A stretch of 64,000 bases of DNA, taken from positions 66,154,001 to 66,218,000 of the forward strand of contig OX597817.1 of assembly GCA_951406725.2 (NCBI GenBank), given 5' to 3'. The notes below the pieces were generated by a model. It did not search any database, was not told the origin of the DNA, and saw only the letters and a program-made list of their open reading frames with translations. Positions 51,791 to 64,000 of this stretch are shown here, in pieces. Every line of letters starts with the position of its first letter. The first letter of the stretch is position 1. Origin of the DNA: Octopus vulgaris (lineage: Eukaryota). The position numbers were made by a program, and so were the translations under genes.

Positions 51791-53359
51791 TCGGCACTGA
51801 AGAAAAAAGTGGGGGAGGGAGATTTCGGTCCCCCACCCAGTGTTGGTTTTCGAATTTTTTTTTTTTCGGATTTATGTGACGCATATTTTTTTGAAGAATT
51901 AGAATCTACGTTGTTAAAAGCACAACCAAAAAAGAATGAGGCACTGTATAATCATAAATGGTGGAGGAGCTAAAATCTACCTCTATGGAAGAAAATTTTA
52001 ATTTTTTGTAGAATCGTAGTTACGATGTTTATTCGTAACATACACATCCGAACTAATTACGGTTTATAGAGCACTAGATAATTTACGACGCTTGTCTATA
52101 GGAATGCTCGGTGTCGGACTAAATACTGTTGGTTTTCTACGTTAGTTTACATATTTCTTGTGTCGATAAAATGATACTGATCTTGTAATAAGTCTCTATA
52201 TACATTTATAACAACTGTTGGACTTTAAAATGATGGTTGTAAGATGGTTCTAGAAAGCCATTTTGCTGTTACTACTACTATACTATGGTGGGCGATTGAT
52301 AATTTCGGCATTCCGCCTTCTCTCAGATGTTACGTATATCGGCACTCATGCAGATTGTGAATAGATGTGTGTGTATATGTAGCTCTGATTCATTGGCAGT
52401 TATATATTTATGTAATTTTAGGATAGTTTAATGTCTGTAACATATAGGGAAAGGTAAGGATGTACATTAATTGATCTCATTCTGACAGAATGTCAACTTT
52501 CTAAATCAGATGGCCTAATTTCGTGGCTGACAACTGCATCCCTTCTTGAACTACTGCGTACCGTCATAGCTTCCACAGGTTGTTAGAATGATTCAGCATA
52601 GGCCACAAATTCTTGAAATGGGTTTTTTGGTCTTTAACTCGCTTTGCTAGTGTATTTTCTCCTACGATGTTAATGTGTGCTTGTATTGAATTAAATGTCC
52701 AGGTCATCAATTGTTTTTGTGTGTCTGCTATTCATTGTACATTTCAAGTCTAAATTATGTTTCGTCTAGAGTTCGGAGTCGGTGGCAACACCCAGTGAAC
52801 CCACTCCACCCTTTCTCTACTAAGCAAGCATATATACCTGAGTTATTTTCAGCTGGTTAGCTAGTGACTGCAGCTCTACCATATATGTGAATGTAGACAG
52901 TAATACGTCTGTCTCTGTAATAACTTATGAAACCCAAACCCAACGGATGAGGAAAACATACGCTATTCAGTGAAAAATTTGTTAATATGTTGGTGAATCA
53001 TTTTCTTGTGATTTGAATATGTGCTGTCTGTGGAAGAGGACATATTTGTTTCGAATATTTCCTCATCAATACAAAATTATTGCCAATTATCTTAAAAGGA
53101 GCTCAGCATCTATCTTACTTGTTTAATTTATTCACGTCATGTTGTCTGCACAATGTGTTCAAATACAATTTTGTCAAATTTCTTCTAATTACATGTATGT
53201 GTGTGTATATATATATACACACATGCATACGCTAGTTAACGTTTGGTTCGTGTTTTAAATATGTCATAAATTGTTGGATAGCAATGTATTTTGGTTAATG
53301 TTCGATTAATCTGGGCTATTTTCCGTGTATCCCTGAATGTGTTCAATAACTTTTATTCA

Positions 53360-53790
53360 ATACATTCGCCGGTTTGTTTTAAAGATCTCTGTTTTTAAGT
53401 TCCATAATTTTTTATGTAAGTGTCCATATTGAGGATATATCTCTTTTCTATGATGTATGTTATAATTTCTGAGTTTCATAGCTATATGTATGTTACGATT
53501 TAAGTTAAATATTCGTTGTTTGTATTTGTACCGATAAGCAGGTGTAGACGTAATGGACATATTGCACTGTTTCGCTGCATCGCAGTAATCCCCAGGCAGT
53601 GTTTAACGCTGTTGACACTACCAGATTCTCGTGGTTCTGAGTTGTCTTTTGAAATTCTACTTCTGAGAGTTTGGGTATTCTTGGTTGATGATGGTTTTGT
53701 TTTATATATTATACCAAACAGGATATTGCGTGATTGACCTTCATATAGGGATTCTAATTCTGGTAAGGGCAATACTTCTTCAGGAAGTTC
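53360..53790 (-). mobile_element. Possible decayed retroelement (Penelope-like) coding fragment
   Basis: Protein-like frameshifted fragments including a CxxC motif; weak similarity only. Confidence 0.3.
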
Positions 53791-53830
53791 TAGTTTATGA
53801 AGGTTTTGTTGTGTGTGTATATATATATAT

Positions 53831-53953
53831 ATATATATAATGTCCTTATGTACACTCGTACTTGCATATATACTCACACACACACACGCACACACATATA
53901 TATATTTGTGAGTATATATGCAAGTACGAGTGTACATAAGGACATTATATATA
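53831..53953. repeat. Perfect hairpin (~47-bp arms) with a microsatellite loop
   Basis: tataatgtccttatgtacactcgtacttgcatatatactcaca / tgtgagtatatatgcaagtacgagtgtacataaggacattata. Confidence 0.9.
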
Positions 53954-54066
53954 TAATTGGTTCTTGGCACTTCTTTCGAAGCGCACCTCTGCAAAAGAAA
54001 TGACGCCTGATTTCTTTAAAAAATTGTGAAAATGGGAAATATATTCAAAATAAATGAAGTATGCCA

Positions 54067-54561
54067 AAAATTAGGAAGATTCATCTATTTTTAAATATTT
54101 TATACTAAAAAATAAAACACGGAGAACGGGCACTCGCGAATATAAACAAACATGTCAAGCGATGTGTCGGTTATTATTAATGATACGAGGGGCCCGACAA
54201 TAACGTTTGCAAATTCTTGATAGTTTTAAATCAGATTTTTTACTGCGCACACTGGTTAGGGTTAGGTGGTGTGGACTCGCTTTATCGTCGCCCATTTTAT
54301 GATGTTATATTTCCCGTTCAGGCACAAAATTTGACATAATAGTATGTATTAGTTATAAACTGACTTTTAAGAAAAAGATTGTGAAGCGGTCTTCTTACAA
54401 TTCGCAGACGATATTGTCGGGCCCCTTGTATCATTAACAATATCTGACTGGTAAAAGTAAGTTATCGTCCGACATGTTTGTTTATTTTCGCGAGTGCCTG
54501 TTTTCCGTATTTTATTTTTTAGTATAAAATATTTAAAAATACATGAATCTTCCTAATTTTT
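54067..54561. mobile_element. Long-TIR MITE (~150-bp arms)
   Basis: aaaaattaggaagattcat... / ...atgaatcttcctaattttt; inner ggcccgacaata / tattgtcgggcc. Confidence 0.8.
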
Positions 54562-54915
54562 AACACACACACACACACACATATATATATATTAGAAGAA
54601 ATGAGATGATCGGATGGTTTATATTTACAGATATTTATTTATATATTACATTTTTTACATATATATCATATCACTTAGATCATTAGCGCTTTCTCCCATT
54701 CTAGTGGGGTTTTCAAATCAAAATAATTCCTTTGTGGGGAATTTTAATCATTTTATAGAGTTTCGTAGTGGTGCGGAGGAATAAGACAGTACAAGAGGGT
54801 GAGGTGGATGAGGAGAAAATGAGAGAGAGAACATGTGTGTATGTTTGTATCTGAGGTGAGTGCTAAAGAGAAAGAGGGGAAGAAGGAAAGAATTTTTTTG
54901 GTCTGCTGGACAGAG

Positions 54916-55089
54916 TATTGACTCCAAGGGAGTTCTAAGAATTTCAGCTTTAACCACTTCACAGTGTCACTGAGTGTGTGGTGGTGGGGAGGTAGGCCAT
55001 AATATTGATTCCAAGGTGGTTCTAAGTATTTCAGCTTTGACTGCTTCACAGTGTCACTGAGTGTGTGGTGGTGGGGAGGTAGGCCATAA
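54916..55089. repeat. Two-copy ~87-bp tandem repeat
   Basis: tattga.tccaagg...cttcacagtgtcactgagtgtgtggtggtggggaggtaggccataa occurs twice. Confidence 0.85.
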
Positions 55090-56254
55090 ATTATATTTCC
55101 TTTTATCATTGTGAGGATGGTCAAATATATATATAAATATACACACATACATACATAACCTGCGTGCGTGTGTATCACTGAAGCCATTCATACATACATA
55201 ACCTCTTTCTTTCTCATTGTCTCATTGTTCAGAAATGAACAGAATCACTTAAATGATGGTAATTCTCATTGACAACTATTACATGATGGCAAGACAAAAC
55301 ACACACATCTCTGTGTATGATGAGCGACTTTCAGTTTCTGTCTATCAAATCTATTCCCATAACCTAGTGCTATAACAGAAGACACTTGTCCAAGGTACCA
55401 TGCCCTGTGTGTGTATGTAGTTTGACATTGTCAATAAATCATTCACTTGCTCTGCACTTTCAAATATGTGGAATAAAAAAAATACTTTTCGGGATAAGTA
55501 AGCTTTAGCAGACAAGGCATTCAGCTGTAAAACAATTACTGAATATGTTGTACTCATCATCATGAGTACATATGTACTCGTCCAAGCTATTCTAGCATGG
55601 ACAAACCAATGTACAACAAACAAGCATGGTGATGCTTATTGGCTTGCTATTGATTTATGATCACATTTTGTGCTTACCACCTCTTTCATCTTACAGATGT
55701 AATAAATTCTTGTATATGTGTGCACATGCACACAGGTAACAAGTTGGCAGAGTTGTTAGTATTGGGCAGGATGTCATGCAGAATTTGTTTCAAATCTCTG
55801 CAAATCTTAGGAAGATCAATTTTTAGTTATCGGTATTGCTCTATAGTTATGGAAATTTGCTTTCCGATCATATTGTTTCAGGTTCAGTTCTGCATGGTGT
55901 CTTGGTTATGTCATTTTATATAGCCAAATCCTTGAGTAAGTAGATTTAAGAGACAGAAACTGAAAGTCGCTCATCATACACAGAGATGTGTGTGTTTCGT
56001 CTTGACATCATGTAATAGTTGTCAATGAGAATTACCATCATTTAAGTGATTGTGTTCATTTCTGAGCAATAAGACAATTTTACCTTGCTTGGAAACACGT
56101 GAGGGTCAGAGACAGGAAAAAAAAATCAAGCTGTATTAACAAATTCCAACTTTCCCAATGCAAGCATTGAAAATTGGATATCAAAATGATGCGTGTGTGT
56201 GTGTATGTATGTATGTATGTATTGTTTTTGTGTCCATTTTCATACTAACCTTAT

Positions 56255-56615
56255 TTCATTATCATCGTTTACTATCCATTTTCCATGCTGGCATGGATTG
56301 GATGGTTTGACTGAGGTCTGGAGAGCCAGTAGCTGCACCAGGCTCCAATCTGGTCTGGCAATGCTACAGCTGGATACCCTTTCTAATGCCAACCACTCCG
56401 AGTGTTATGGGTGCTTTTTACATGCCACCAGCTCAGGAGCCAGTCAGGCGTGCCTAGCATTGATGACGTTCAGATAGTGCTTTTTACATGCCACCAGCAC
56501 GGGGGCCAGTCAGTGAGTACTGGCATCAGCCACGTTTGGATAGTGCTTTTTACATGTCACTGACATGGGAGTCGGGGAGTACTGGCATCAGCCACATTCG
56601 GATGGTGATTTTTCA
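56255..56615 (-). mobile_element. SINE/RTE-tail element with internal tandem gtgctttttacatgccacc units
   Basis: Inverse of the 58505-58640 element, plus three repeated units. Confidence 0.55.
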
Positions 56616-57558
56616 AAAGAGGGTCTTGTATTTCACATATCCTTGAGGGCACAAAAACCAGTGACTTGGGAGCTTGAGCTACTTGCCCAATGTGTTGCAC
56701 AATGTGACTGAACCCAACCATATTGTTGGAAAATAAATTTCTTAACCACATAGCTACAATCCTTGGTTAGAATTTCTGATTTTCAGCAGTTCATTTACCA
56801 CAGTAGTGTATAAGTGGCTGAAAAGTCCCACAGGCTAGATGTGGCAGTTACTGGTACAATCATCCAATGAGCTTTCATTCAGTTTCCTTAAACCCAATTT
56901 TGGTGGTGGTGGCAGTCATCATCTTCCAACTGAACCAAGGAAATTATTTTTTTTTGGTTTTCCAAATTCCTAATACTATCTGATCACAACTTATAGAAGT
57001 GTCACTGTTTTCTTGTTGAAGAGGCAGGATTTAAGCTTGGGATGCACAGAGCTGGTACAGATAATACATGGCATCCCACCTGCTCTAATTATTCTGCTCT
57101 GAAAGGCAAAGTTTACCTTGGCAGAATTTTAAATAGGGTGAATCTGAATATATATTGTAAAGCACTCTACTCAGTGCTAACATCTTGCCTTTTTTTCATA
57201 TCTTATTTTGAAACTGGTGAGGGTTGGTGTCAGAAAGGGCATCTGGTTAGAAATTTCTCAACAAATTCTATCTGACCCATGCTTGCATAGAAAAGTGAAC
57301 ATTAAACAGTGCGTGTGTTCATGCATGCATACACTTACTCTCTCACACATACATGTGAGTATTGGTAATGTTAATGCACAAAAATATTGTGGAATGTAGA
57401 TTTGTAACACATTCTTTTAGTGCATTTGTGTGTACACACACTATTTCTTTTGGTTGCATTGTATTTTGCATGATTTTGAAATGTTGACCTTTTAAAAACC
57501 AATGTTTAGATTTTTTTGTGAATTGAGATAATCTAATAACTCTTTATATTTTTTTTAG

Positions 57559-57789
57559 GCTCTTTGTGGTACCACTATTCAAATTCCAACCATCAGTAAT
57601 CGAACAATCCCTTTCCGTCTCACAGAAATCATCAAACCTTCAACAACGAAACGAATACAGGGTGAAGGACTACCTTTAGCTAAACAACCAATGCGCAGAG
57701 GGGACTTAATTGTTGAATTTGATGTCAAATTCCCTGATAGCCTAAGTGCTTATGCTAAACAAACTTTGCTGGAATGTTTGCCACCTTGA
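57559..57789 (+). CDS. DNAJB4: Hsp40 class B, coding exon 2 (ALCGTTIQIPT...GEGLP...RGDLIVEFDVKFP...CLPP*)
   Basis: Acceptor ttttttag|GCT; in frame with exon 1 (SLRE|ALCG); 342 aa in total; AATAAA at 58061 and 58085. Confidence 0.92.
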   Translation, partial: ALCGTTIQIPTISNRTIPFRLTEIIKPSTTKRIQGEGLPLAKQPMRRGDLIVEFDVKFPDSLSAYAKQTLLECLPP

Positions 57790-58504
57790 AGGCTGGTTGT
57801 AAAAATGACTTTGGGATGGGATGTAGGGCTTGACAGCCAGTCTTATGTGATATGGCTGTAAAAACAGTCCTTTGCTATGTGATCTTTCTGAAATAGAGGA
57901 CAGAAAAACCAATAATCGAAACATTTGTTGCCTTCCAGTTTATATGGCAGTTGTTGTCCACTGATATCATCCAATCATCAGATACAAGTAATTTCTGCCA
58001 ACTGCAATATTACTGGAAGACAACTTACTGTTGATGCTATGCATCCTAAAGAAACTTGTAAATAAATACATTGGGGAAACTGTAAATAAATTTGATTATC
58101 TGATTTAAATCTTTTCAGGTGTTTGCATTCTGTTTATTATAACCTGCTTTTTAATTGACAATGTAATATTTTCAGTTCACTATATCCAAGGTTTTTGTAT
58201 TTAAAAGCAATGTTCGTTTCGGTAATTCGGGAAACCCATGCGAGATATTTATATTTCTACTTTTATTGCTAATTCCAATATCGATTAAGGTATTTTACAA
58301 ACACACACAGAGGACGCAAATATACTCATAATTATATATATATATATGACATCTGCACACACAAAATGAACAGTTAATCCTAATCCTTCTTAATTTATAT
58401 ATATATATATATATATATATATGTTTGATGTTTGTATATTGATATTTGTGAATGTTTATTTGTATGTGTGTATATATATATGATGATGATGATGTGTATA
58501 TATG

Positions 58505-58640
58505 CGGAGTGGTTGGCGTTAGGAAGGGCATCCAGCCGTAGAAACTCTGCCAGATCAGACTGGAGCCTGGAGCAGACCCTGGTTGAACCGTCCAACCTGT
58601 GCTAGCACGGAAAACGGACGTTAAACGATGATGATGATGA
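58505..58640 (+). mobile_element. SINE/RTE 3' tail ending in (GAT)n
   Basis: gtggttggcgttaggaagggcatccagccgtagaaac...ggacgttaaacgatgatgatg. Confidence 0.65.
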
Positions 58641-59329
58641 ATGCTGTTAGCATTCTATTATGTTAGAAAGCTGATCTCTTTCTCACTTTAACTATGAACT
58701 ATTTGTTTGTAAGGTGTACTTTTATCTATTTACAGCATTCACTGAATGCCTTGACTCAGCTCAATTTACTCTTAGTTGTTATTCAAGAATTTAACAATAA
58801 GCTTTATGACTAAGGTGCAGTTGAACCAGATCAGTGCGAGATGAGTGTCTTGCTAAACAAAAGCAGAAACACTCAAATGAAAATATTCTTATTTTAAGTG
58901 GGTGAATGATTAAGACATTTGCACTTTGCATGAAAATTTGCTGAACTACAAATAGTGACAGTTGTTTATTTCTCTGTCATTAAGTTGTCTGTTAGCTTTG
59001 GTATTCAGGCAAATGTTAACATATGACATAAAGATTCTTTCCATATCAAATGAAAATTTTAAAATGTAGCACAAAATGCAGGCTTACAGGTAAAAAATTG
59101 GAAGTAAAAAAAAGAAAATACATATACATAAAGTTATGTGGAATGAAACCATTAATTACTATTAATGAAAAACAAGCCAGAGTTAATTATAGTATGGGTG
59201 TCCACTTAATAATTAATTCTTTTATTAGCCACAAGGGCTTACATACAAAGCATTAAGACATACAGCAACATAAAACACAAAAACAATATGATGCAATAGG
59301 TTTTCGCATGTACACAATATAATAAAAAT

Positions 59330-60180
59330 TGAACAAATTAAAAACTCCCAATAGCGGGTGCACTTTAAGGTCCTCGTGGAAAAACCCACAAAAGCCACAG
59401 GTGCCTGAACAACAGGGCAAGAGCCCTTCTTTTTTTTACTGGTGCATGCTCAGAATTGGTCCTTTCACACTGGCCATTCTTCCAACATTTGCCCACCTTA
59501 CAACAAATTTGCTACAAGGCAACACTTCCCCCCCAAAGAGGAAAGTGTCTGTCTTTAGCCCTTTCAAATGGGTCCATCATACTACCTCTTTCACTACAGC
59601 CACAAAATAAATAAAAATTGCCTGCCTCTCCCGGCCAAAAGAGGGTGGTGGGGCAGTAGGTGTTTGACAAACTCACAGGTCAGCAATACTAGGGCATGCA
59701 GAATGGTTTCATTGTTCTGGCTGTACCTTGAGCAGGCCCAGTTGATGGCACTTCTGTGTCTGTAAAGTTTCAGTGCCCCTCAGTAGCACTGCCAAGCAAG
59801 GGATTTCTGGAAATTATCCATAGGCCCAGGCCTGAAAGTTCTCCGAAACAGACCGGTCAGTTGATCTTCATTGATGCCCAGAGTTTCCCCGAGAACGTCG
59901 TCGCACTTTCCCTCCACTAGCCCTCTATAGAACGCTAGAGTAGAACTACCACCGACTGCATTGCCCACCTGGCAGAAGGCTGTGGGTGCTTGACAGAACT
60001 CCATGTGCCTTGGTCTATGCCTAATCCAGGATTGCAGCTCAGTCAAAGAGACAAGCTGCAGAAAAGTCTCTTACAGTGACCACACCTGCTCACTGTCAAG
60101 GAAACGCTGGAGATGCTGCAATCTCAGCACATGTTTGCACATCAGCAACCACAGCATGCCCAGCCCTCCATTCAGTGGCT
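59330..60180 (-). mobile_element. Decayed LINE (L1/Tx1-like) 3' ORF2 region
   Basis: FYRGLVE, FQKSLAWQCY and CSR....ETILHAL, a zinc-finger-like remnant. Confidence 0.55.
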
Positions 60181-61943
60181 GTTGAGTGTCCACTTAATAA
60201 TAATGTCTAACCCCTGTTAGCATGGAAAATTAATATAGAACAGTTATCATTTGGCTTGAATTTTACTGATCATATTAGCTTGGTAATTTTCAGCATGAAA
60301 CTGGCTAGCGATGTACATTGTTGGGATACCTAATAAATTAATATCCCTTTTTTGTCATCAGATCATAAGAAAAATGTAAAATTCAATTGTTTAATGATCT
60401 TGCAACATCAACATTAGCTATATGCCATGTGGTGAAGATTGATGGGATCAATGAGTTTTTTCTCAAAATTGAAGTTTTGGGAAAATTTTTTTATTCGAAT
60501 TGTTCCAAAATGACCAAAGAAATAGCTGGTGGCTTTTGCCTACATAATATCCTGATTGCTAATAAATTACCAAGCTATTGAAACATTTGTGGCACGTGAA
60601 CTGTCCATGGTCCATCCAACTTTATTATGTATATAAATGTACACACACACATAGAGAATCCTCATTAAACCATATTCAGTTAAGCCAGATATTGAATAGC
60701 TGATATAATTACCTCCAACCCCTTAAATTGCTGACCTTGTACCAAAATTTGAAGCCATTATATTATTTGTAAGTTGGACAACTTTTCTTCCAGTTCTTTG
60801 CATTTCCATGTTCAAATTCTCAAGAATTCATCCTTTCAGGGCTGATAAAATGAAGTACTAGTTAAGTGCTGAGATAGATATAATTGTCTAGCCCACTCCT
60901 CTTAAGATTGCTGGCGTTGCACCAAAATTATAATTATTTTGAAGTACCCTTACTAAAGCAAATATATTGATAATGTTCATAAGTTGAATATTGATGCATG
61001 CTTGAATTCTTTGTAGCTGTTCATTTATTTGTTCCCTAAAACAGAATATATTCTAGCTTATTATCTCCAATGCCAGATGGATGCATCTGTTAAAATCAGT
61101 TGTTTGGAATGGATTTTTTTTTTATATTGTATACTTCAGAAAGTGAAGTGTAACTTCTTTTCTTTAATGAATAGCTTAGAGGTGGGAGGAAGCACCAACA
61201 ACATTTACATAGGACTTCCTGAGACTGCTAATGGAAAGGAATACAATTGTTGGTTATGCAAACTAACATTACTCAACCTAACTGGCTAATTTCTCTCCTG
61301 CTACAGATCTACATCCATTACTTACTACACCCAACTGCTTATGAAGATATTGAGAAAGACCTGTTTTCTTACCAAATGAACTAATAGTTCTCTGACTGTC
61401 ACTGTGTCCATTTTTGCATGTTATAGCCATATCAGGTAACAACTAAGTTTGAGTAGTCAGACTTATAGTAAGTTTCTTAATCTTATTTCATTGGTGCCTT
61501 TACATTTAGAACATCTGATCTTAGTTCCTAATTAAAATTAAATGCATATTTTATGCCTGCTTATATGTAGTAATTATAGTATCAAATTCCTATTAATTCC
61601 TGCATGTTGAGCAAGGCCATATGTTAGATGTTGAAATTTGTTACCTTTTATTTCCTTCACCTTCAGGCATTGTGACTATATAGCATCTAGGACACTGCCA
61701 ATGTACAAGATGCTATCCTTGCCCAAATTGATGAAAGTAAACAGGTTTGACTTAGCTAAGAATTTTTATTGCAGTTGGTTCAAATGACATCTGTAAGTAC
61801 ATCTGTGTCTAAAAACACAGTAATTGGAGTCTTTAAAATATAATTTAAATTTAAATATTTTTCATAAAGTGTGTTTTCTATCTTCATGAGTGTTTGAGTC
61901 TTTCATTGTTTCAGAAGTTTACTATGCCACCTTTATATATATA

Positions 61944-62620
61944 CTAGCAGCTAAGCCCGGTTTCACCCGGTCTGTTTGGATGATGTGGCTGTGATCGTTT
62001 TCAGTTAGGCATAATCTATAACAGCATTTCTCAACCTTATCATTTCGGGTCCCCTGTTTCGATTAGAGCCTCCAGCTGTATGAAAATTTCCTGACTCCCC
62101 CCATCCCCTTGTCAGATTTTTCATGGGTCAGCTGGTCTACCTAAGATACATGGGGATCTGAATTAAACTTTTCATCAACACAGACGCAGAAATAAATTCT
62201 TCAATGTCCAAGGGGAGCTGAATTGTGAAAAAGGTTGAGAAATGCTGATCTATAATGATGGTTTTTATTTAGGCGCATCGTAAAAGTAGGTATAAAGAAT
62301 TGCTAAATATAAAGAAAAGTATGTTTTTTTCAAGTAAATACAGTTAGAAAAAATATTTCCTATTTCAAGTCATCACTAAAAACAGCTAATCAATTTTTGA
62401 ATGAAATAATTTTATTTTTTTATTGTAAGTTGTAAATTTTGCCTGAGAAATAAAGCAAATAATCATCAAATGCATTGTAGAAAATTTGCAACTCAATAGC
62501 AAATATCTCCAAATTGAGTAAAAATGCATAAATTTAATAATAATGATGCTAAATAAAATTTGGTCGAGAAATACCAAAGAAATTATAACAACAAAAAACA
62601 GACACGTACCTTTATAGAGA
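61944..62620 (-). mobile_element. Non-autonomous Helitron
   Basis: A|CTAG end with cccggtttcacccgg hairpin; TCTCTATAAAGG 5' end on the minus strand. Confidence 0.7.
62022..62247. mobile_element. hAT-type MITE nested in the Helitron
   Basis: TIR cagcatttctcaacctt / aaggttgagaaatgctg; 8-bp TSD atctataa. Confidence 0.9.
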
Positions 62621-64000
62621 ACAGATTTTACTCAAGGAAAACATCCTAAATACACAGAGTTGAAATGCTGGTTATTCTTTTCAGCATTGAATGTTAACCA
62701 TCACACTTCCATTGCACGCACACACACACACATACCCCACCCCTTTTACATTCACACAAATTTTAAACATTTTCATTTATTTTTTCAGTGTACAATTTTT
62801 ATCATCATACTATCAAGTATGACATCACCATATCCTTCCTTATTCATGTATCACCCTTTCTTTTCTCATTCATAAACACAAGAGTGTAATTGTAGTAGAT
62901 TATCTTGGTAAACATGGGAGCTAAGAAAAAAATATGACATTCTTTTCTCATTCATAAACACAATATTATGATTATAGTAGATTATCTCGGTAACCATTGA
63001 AGCTATGAAAAAAATTACAAAGCCCAGCATCACTCCGGATCGTTCTACATACATGTATAGATTTTCGCGCAATTCCACCCAGCCGTTTGACCATGAATCC
63101 CAAGACAAGAAAGAATAGCCCATGTCAAATTTATATATATATATAAACCCACACTAATGTTATGTGATATGCAGTCTCTGAAAAAGCAGGATGCTCACAG
63201 CAAGACCACTGCTTTTTGAATTATAGTTCTGCTCATGCAATTACATACAGTTCAACAATTTTCCAAATAGTTTTCCCAGTGACTTCAGGACCAGCTTATG
63301 CTCCAGAATAAATCATCACAATTTCTGTCACATAAATTCAATCTTGTAGGATCTTGGCTATTCCATTCATTCTATTTACCCACTTCTCTGCTAAGAGTAT
63401 ACCTAAACCATCCATATTACAGTTGTTGCTTACCCATTAAATTTTGTGTTGGTGTCTTGGATGTGAACCATTGGAGGCATGAGCAGTGTTAGGCAAATTT
63501 GCATCTTATGTGATCAACAGTTGTTCAGAGATGATGCATTCTCTAATCTCCTATAAGGTACCCAATTTGTGCTAAACTGCAGCTCGAAATATGCATGGGC
63601 AGTTATCATGAAATGTCATCAGATATCATTAAGTCTATAATTTGAAAAGGCTCTTACTGGTTTTAGCTGAAAGTTTCGTGGTGAACATCATAACCTTTTG
63701 GGTTGTATTTCTAAACAAACTTTATTTTACTTGGTTCATTTAAGTGTTAAAATTATAAAGTTACTGTTTCAAATCTTGCACCAAACCCTTCTATAGTAGT
63801 GAGCTAGATCTGGATAATAACAAAAACATTTGTAGAAGAGATAAATGCCAAACACCCTTGAGTTGCATTTCAAAGCACCCAAGAAATGAGAGCATTTTAT
63901 ATGAAATAATGCTAATTGAGCATGTTTTGAGAAGACCACATATACCTCACCCCCTCTTTAAGACTAGAAAGACATTGTGTCAGAGCCATACATTGGTCAA

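Overview
AT-rich, repeat-dense eukaryotic DNA. The SINE families and microsatellites look like coleoid cephalopod (Octopus-type); this is inferred, not verified. Host genes: an intronless divergent CNOT2/NOT2-like ORF (661-1893) and a class B Hsp40 (DNAJB1/4/5-like) with two coding exons (49391-50188, 57559-57789). Its promoter packs an HSE, an exact ERSE and a TATA box into about 80 bp. The main unannotated feature is a U4 snRNA locus. Four full-length copies and two fragments sit in a ~17 kb degenerate tandem array (5595-22490), and one solitary inverted copy lies at 25287-25427. The two U4 types are identical over nt 1-88 but differ in the 3' stem-loop and Sm site, and they share a positionally conserved upstream element. 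The array is invaded by Penelope-like elements (tRNA-like head plus minimal hammerhead motif), a solo LTR and a Ty3/Gypsy element whose primer-binding site matches the 5' end of tRNA-Phe. The rest is hAT, mariner, pogo, Helitron, LINE and SINE relics, nested insertions and several long hairpins.
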